From a virus (lineage: Duplodnaviria > Heunggongvirae > Uroviricota > Caudoviricetes): 38,416 nt of DNA. How positions within the stretch are numbered: the stretch's first letter is position 1; every line of letters begins with the position of its first letter. A program made the position numbers and the translations under genes. Positions 35,478-38,416 of the stretch are shown one piece after another. Under the pieces are notes generated by a model, which was not told the DNA's origin, did no database searches, and saw nothing but the letters and a program-made list of their open reading frames with translations. The stretch is taken from positions 1 to 38,416 of IMG/VR virus record IMGVR_UViG_3300012359_000001. One strand, written 5' to 3'.

Positions 35478-35566
35478 TTATAGCAAGAACATACAAACAT
35501 TGTCCAATGGTAGGACAGAAGCCTTTTAAGCTTTGCATTACAGGTTCGACTCGCACGCTTAACCCA
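35468..35566 (+). ncRNA. tRNA-Lys(UUU)-like RNA (pseudo-tRNA or mimic)
   Basis: D arm GTCC-AATGGTA-GGAC, anticodon arm GAAGC-CTTTTAA-GCTTT, GGTTCGACTC T-loop without T-stem, closing stem AAGCGTGC/GCACGCTT, 3' CCA. Confidence 0.65.
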
Positions 35567-38416
35567 CTACTGATCCACAAAGACCTTGCTCCAATCCCCT
35601 ACGTTCGGACCTGACGTGCATTGAACTGTGTAAAAAACTAATGTTGAAGCATCAGAACTACCTTGCTTTATAATAGTATTTACGTCCGTGACGAGCACTA
35701 GCAGGTCATTCAACGAATATTCCGGACAGAAGATACTCAAGAGTTGCCCTGATTTTAAACCCGCTCGTAAGGTAGTAAAGTTCCAATCCTGAGAGAGTAT
35801 TGCGTACTGAGCAACCCGCGAGTCAGCAAGGTTTTGCGCCGCCACTGCATCAAGCCCTGCAACGGTTTCAACCACCTCTACAATACCGGACGAGCCTCCA
35901 CCTTCTAACGCCGCGAGTGCTGTTTGTTGCGTAAGGCTCTCGGATGTCTTGACGACTGGTTGCTGTCCGTAGTAGTTGAAGGTAAAGGTGTCTGTATCAG
36001 ATGGAGGCGTGAGCGTCGTATCTTGCGTGATGGTCTTACTACCCACTTGATAGTAAAAGTCCATGCCAGTATCTACTCCTTGCACTCCATAGGTTGCAGG
36101 TTGTCCGTTGAGTGAGATGGAAGAGACGCTATCCACAGGATAGGCAAGTATCCAGGTCTGTGTAAAACTGTCGCCTGTGCGTGTATCGGGGATGATTGCA
36201 GTAGCGTCCATCCCTCCTACCACGACATGCCTATTGCGGTACAAGGGAGAGTACTTTTTGAGTGTTGGCTGTGTTGACCACTGGATATCCCCGTTGACGG
36301 TGGCAAGAGGCCAATCAGCCGGTACCGCTTGATGTGATTGAAAAGTGAGTACGCCTGTATCCGTGATACCATCGGTATAATTGGGACTCTTCTTGGCAAG
36401 GTCATCTAAAGCCGCTAGCACGCTACTGGTATACTGATACGCCGTTACCCCGACCACGGACCCGCTCATCAATTGTTGACCCCTCACGCTCGTTACAAGG
36501 TCACTCACGCCAGGTGTCAAGGTAGGATCGGTAGAGGTGAGGGTTTGTTTTGTCCACACACTCTTACCCGTTACGTCGTCTCCAAACTGCTGCCCACGCA
36601 CACTATACCAGTTAGTTGCAATGGCACTACTTTGCAGAAACCCGGCACTCCCTACTGAAGATAATCCTGAGTCAGTCACACTGGCTACGCTCACACCATC
36701 GAAATAGACTATGATCGCGGTACCAATCATCGTGATACGCAAATTATGGTATTGTCCACGCACAAAAGAGATCGTACCTGTTGCCAGGACTGCACTGGTA
36801 ACACTGGCTACTCGCTTGTAGATCTTGACCGTGTTGGGGTTAGAACCTGCACTAGCATCGGCAATCACCACAAAGTAGAAGTTATTAGCATCGGTATAGC
36901 GCCATGTCAACCCTGCCGATCCTGCTTGATTGAGTATCGCTTCAATCTGCATATCTTTTGCACTGAGTTGGTTCCAGACGTACAGGCCATTGGTCCCATT
37001 CGTCCCAACTAAGCGACTATTGGACGTGTCAAAAGTCCAGGTTGCATTCACGCCTGCTGCATAATTGGTTGAAGTGAAGTTACCCGAACTACTCACGGCA
37101 AACGTATCACTCACACTTGCAGGCTGACTCGTGATGGTAGGGATAGCCGCGCCACTGGTAGCAGTTGTCCATGCCCCTGTAGCACCGATAAGAGACTCCT
37201 CAGTAAGTAGGGTGGTACCAGAGGGTACATCAGCAGTCCAGGTGATTGATGACGAGCCTACACGTCCCACCGCGCCAATAGCAAGCGATGGTGAGACACG
37301 TGTACCGGTTGCGCTATAGTTGCCGATCACAAACACCCCGATACCGGTTAAGATCGGGCTGCTATTGGCATTCTGGGTAGTCAGTGTTTCTCTAATGAGG
37401 AGTGATACACCGGACACGTTCGTTCCTGGTGTCAAGTTAGGAATAACCGCATTATTGGTACAGGTCTGATAACTACTACCCCCATTGATGCTACTCTCAA
37501 TCAGAAGCGCCGTGTTGCCAGGGGTGGTTGCATTCCAGTGGATCAGTGAGTTCTCGACCGTTGAGAGTGCCGTCAGTGAGAGTGAGGAGTGGACACGGCT
37601 TGCAGTAAAGGCGCTACTCATTACGCCAAAGTTATCAAAAAAGGCAGAGATACGAGTTGACGTGTTGTTATACAATCTTGCGCCGAGATAGCCAGATCCG
37701 CTAAAGGTGCTATCAGTGGAGTTGATATAACGAATGTTGTTAACATACACTTGATGGGATGACCCGCTCACAATAATTTGAACGTGATACGCCGCGCCTG
37801 CTACCCATCCGACCGTCGTACGCTGTATAAGCGTAGATGATCCCGCTCCACTACTGCTATTGGTCCCTCTCACGAGCGCAATGCTCGTACTTTCCATCTG
37901 AACACAGTAGGCATAGGTATCATTATTGTTTTGCCAACCAGTCGTACGGTAGACTATTCCATTATTTATGTTTGACGTAGTATCAGTGTAATGGGTAATA
38001 TCCACTTCACAGATAAAGTTTTGCCATTGCCCTGCAAAGTTGAACTGACTCCTCATCTCATCAGGTGGAGAGGATGAACCACAGCGTAACTCTAGTTGCC
38101 CATTCTCAATAGAGGTATCAGGGTTGCCGCCTGAGTCTCCATATTGTGTCTGACTCGCAAGGCTACCATCTTGCCATCCTTTATAACTACCAGTTATTTG
38201 CTCCCCTATCCCGGTAGTGTACTGCACATTAGTACGCGTCCCGGTTCCAAAGTCGGTACTATTCGCGTCAAAGTCGAATGCATCTGTTTTCGTGACAGCA
38301 TAGGAAGGTGAAATAGAAAAGGTAACATCATTGAGGACAGGAGTAATCTCAGGGTTCGGACCTCCCAGGTTGAGCGTTTCCCGTAGCGTGATTGTTCGTG
38401 ATGTCAGGTTCATACC
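35567..38416 (-). CDS. Large tail/baseplate protein with lectin-like inserts (5' partial)
   Basis: Over 948 aa, frame open to window edge, Ser/Thr/Gly-rich, repeated RETL..P.L module ends, two ConA/DUF1080-like domains. Confidence 0.85.
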   Translation of the reverse strand, partial: GMNLTSRTITLRETLNLGGPNPEITPVLNDVTFSISPSYAVTKTDAFDFDANSTDFGTGTRTNVQYTTGIGEQITGSYKGWQDGSLASQTQYGDSGGNPDTSIENGQLELRCGSSSPPDEMRSQFNFAGQWQNFICEVDITHYTDTTSNINNGIVYRTTGWQNNNDTYAYCVQMESTSIALVRGTNSSSGAGSSTLIQRTTVGWVAGAAYHVQIIVSGSSHQVYVNNIRYINSTDSTFSGSGYLGARLYNNTSTRISAFFDNFGVMSSAFTASRVHSSLSLTALSTVENSLIHWNATTPGNTALLIESSINGGSSYQTCTNNAVIPNLTPGTNVSGVSLLIRETLTTQNANSSPILTGIGVFVIGNYSATGTRVSPSLAIGAVGRVGSSSITWTADVPSGTTLLTEESLIGATGAWTTATSGAAIPTITSQPASVSDTFAVSSSGNFTSTNYAAGVNATWTFDTSNSRLVGTNGTNGLYVWNQLSAKDMQIEAILNQAGSAGLTWRYTDANNFYFVVIADASAGSNPNTVKIYKRVASVTSAVLATGTISFVRGQYHNLRITMIGTAIIVYFDGVSVASVTDSGLSSVGSAGFLQSSAIATNWYSVRGQQFGDDVTGKSVWTKQTLTSTDPTLTPGVSDLVTSVRGQQLMSGSVVGVTAYQYTSSVLAALDDLAKKSPNYTDGITDTGVLTFQSHQAVPADWPLATVNGDIQWSTQPTLKKYSPLYRNRHVVVGGMDATAIIPDTRTGDSFTQTWILAYPVDSVSSISLNGQPATYGVQGVDTGMDFYYQVGSKTITQDTTLTPPSDTDTFTFNYYGQQPVVKTSESLTQQTALAALEGGGSSGIVEVVETVAGLDAVAAQNLADSRVAQYAILSQDWNFTTLRAGLKSGQLLSIFCPEYSLNDLLVLVTDVNTIIKQGSSDASTLVFYTVQCTSGPNVGDWSKVFVDQ

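Larger units (their letters stand above)
1..38416. mobile_element. Internal segment of a temperate phage/prophage
   Basis: Replication module, SSAP, orphan MTases, lysis cassette, tail-like genes and dense small hypothetical ORFs; no housekeeping genes; ends/att sites not in window. Confidence 0.9.

Noticed and set aside
35468-35566. Functional tRNA-Lys gene
   Set aside because: The T-stem cannot pair (ACAGG vs CGCAC), and the canonical acceptor position ACAAACA has no partner.

Overview
The window looks like an internal segment of a temperate phage or prophage. The host is probably Ktedonobacteria/Chloroflexota, inferred only from protein style and RBS usage. No integrase, terminase or capsid gene is visible. 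The left part has small early genes, an HTH regulator, an AAA_25 helicase, a 50-bp perfect palindrome (ori candidate), a primase split by a 16-bp duplication, a Rad52/Sak-like annealing protein, an adenine MTase, DUF488 and HD hydrolase genes, a Hin-type recombinase, and a C5 MTase with a fully nested +1-frame partner ORF. The right part is a minus-strand tail/lysis region: a large tail protein, a 777-aa protein with about 37 unusual R[FY]R repeats, a BppU-like protein, a C39-like endolysin and a holin. Plus-strand accessory modules with their own sigma70 promoters interrupt it, carrying an HNH, a tandem TIR and small genes. The most interesting signals are two promoter-driven non-coding units at module junctions. 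One is a CRISPR-repeat mimic or mini-array at about 22.4-22.6 kb (Racr-like). The other is a rearranged tRNA-Lys(UUU)-like RNA at about 35.5 kb. All family calls come from motif recognition by eye, not database searches.
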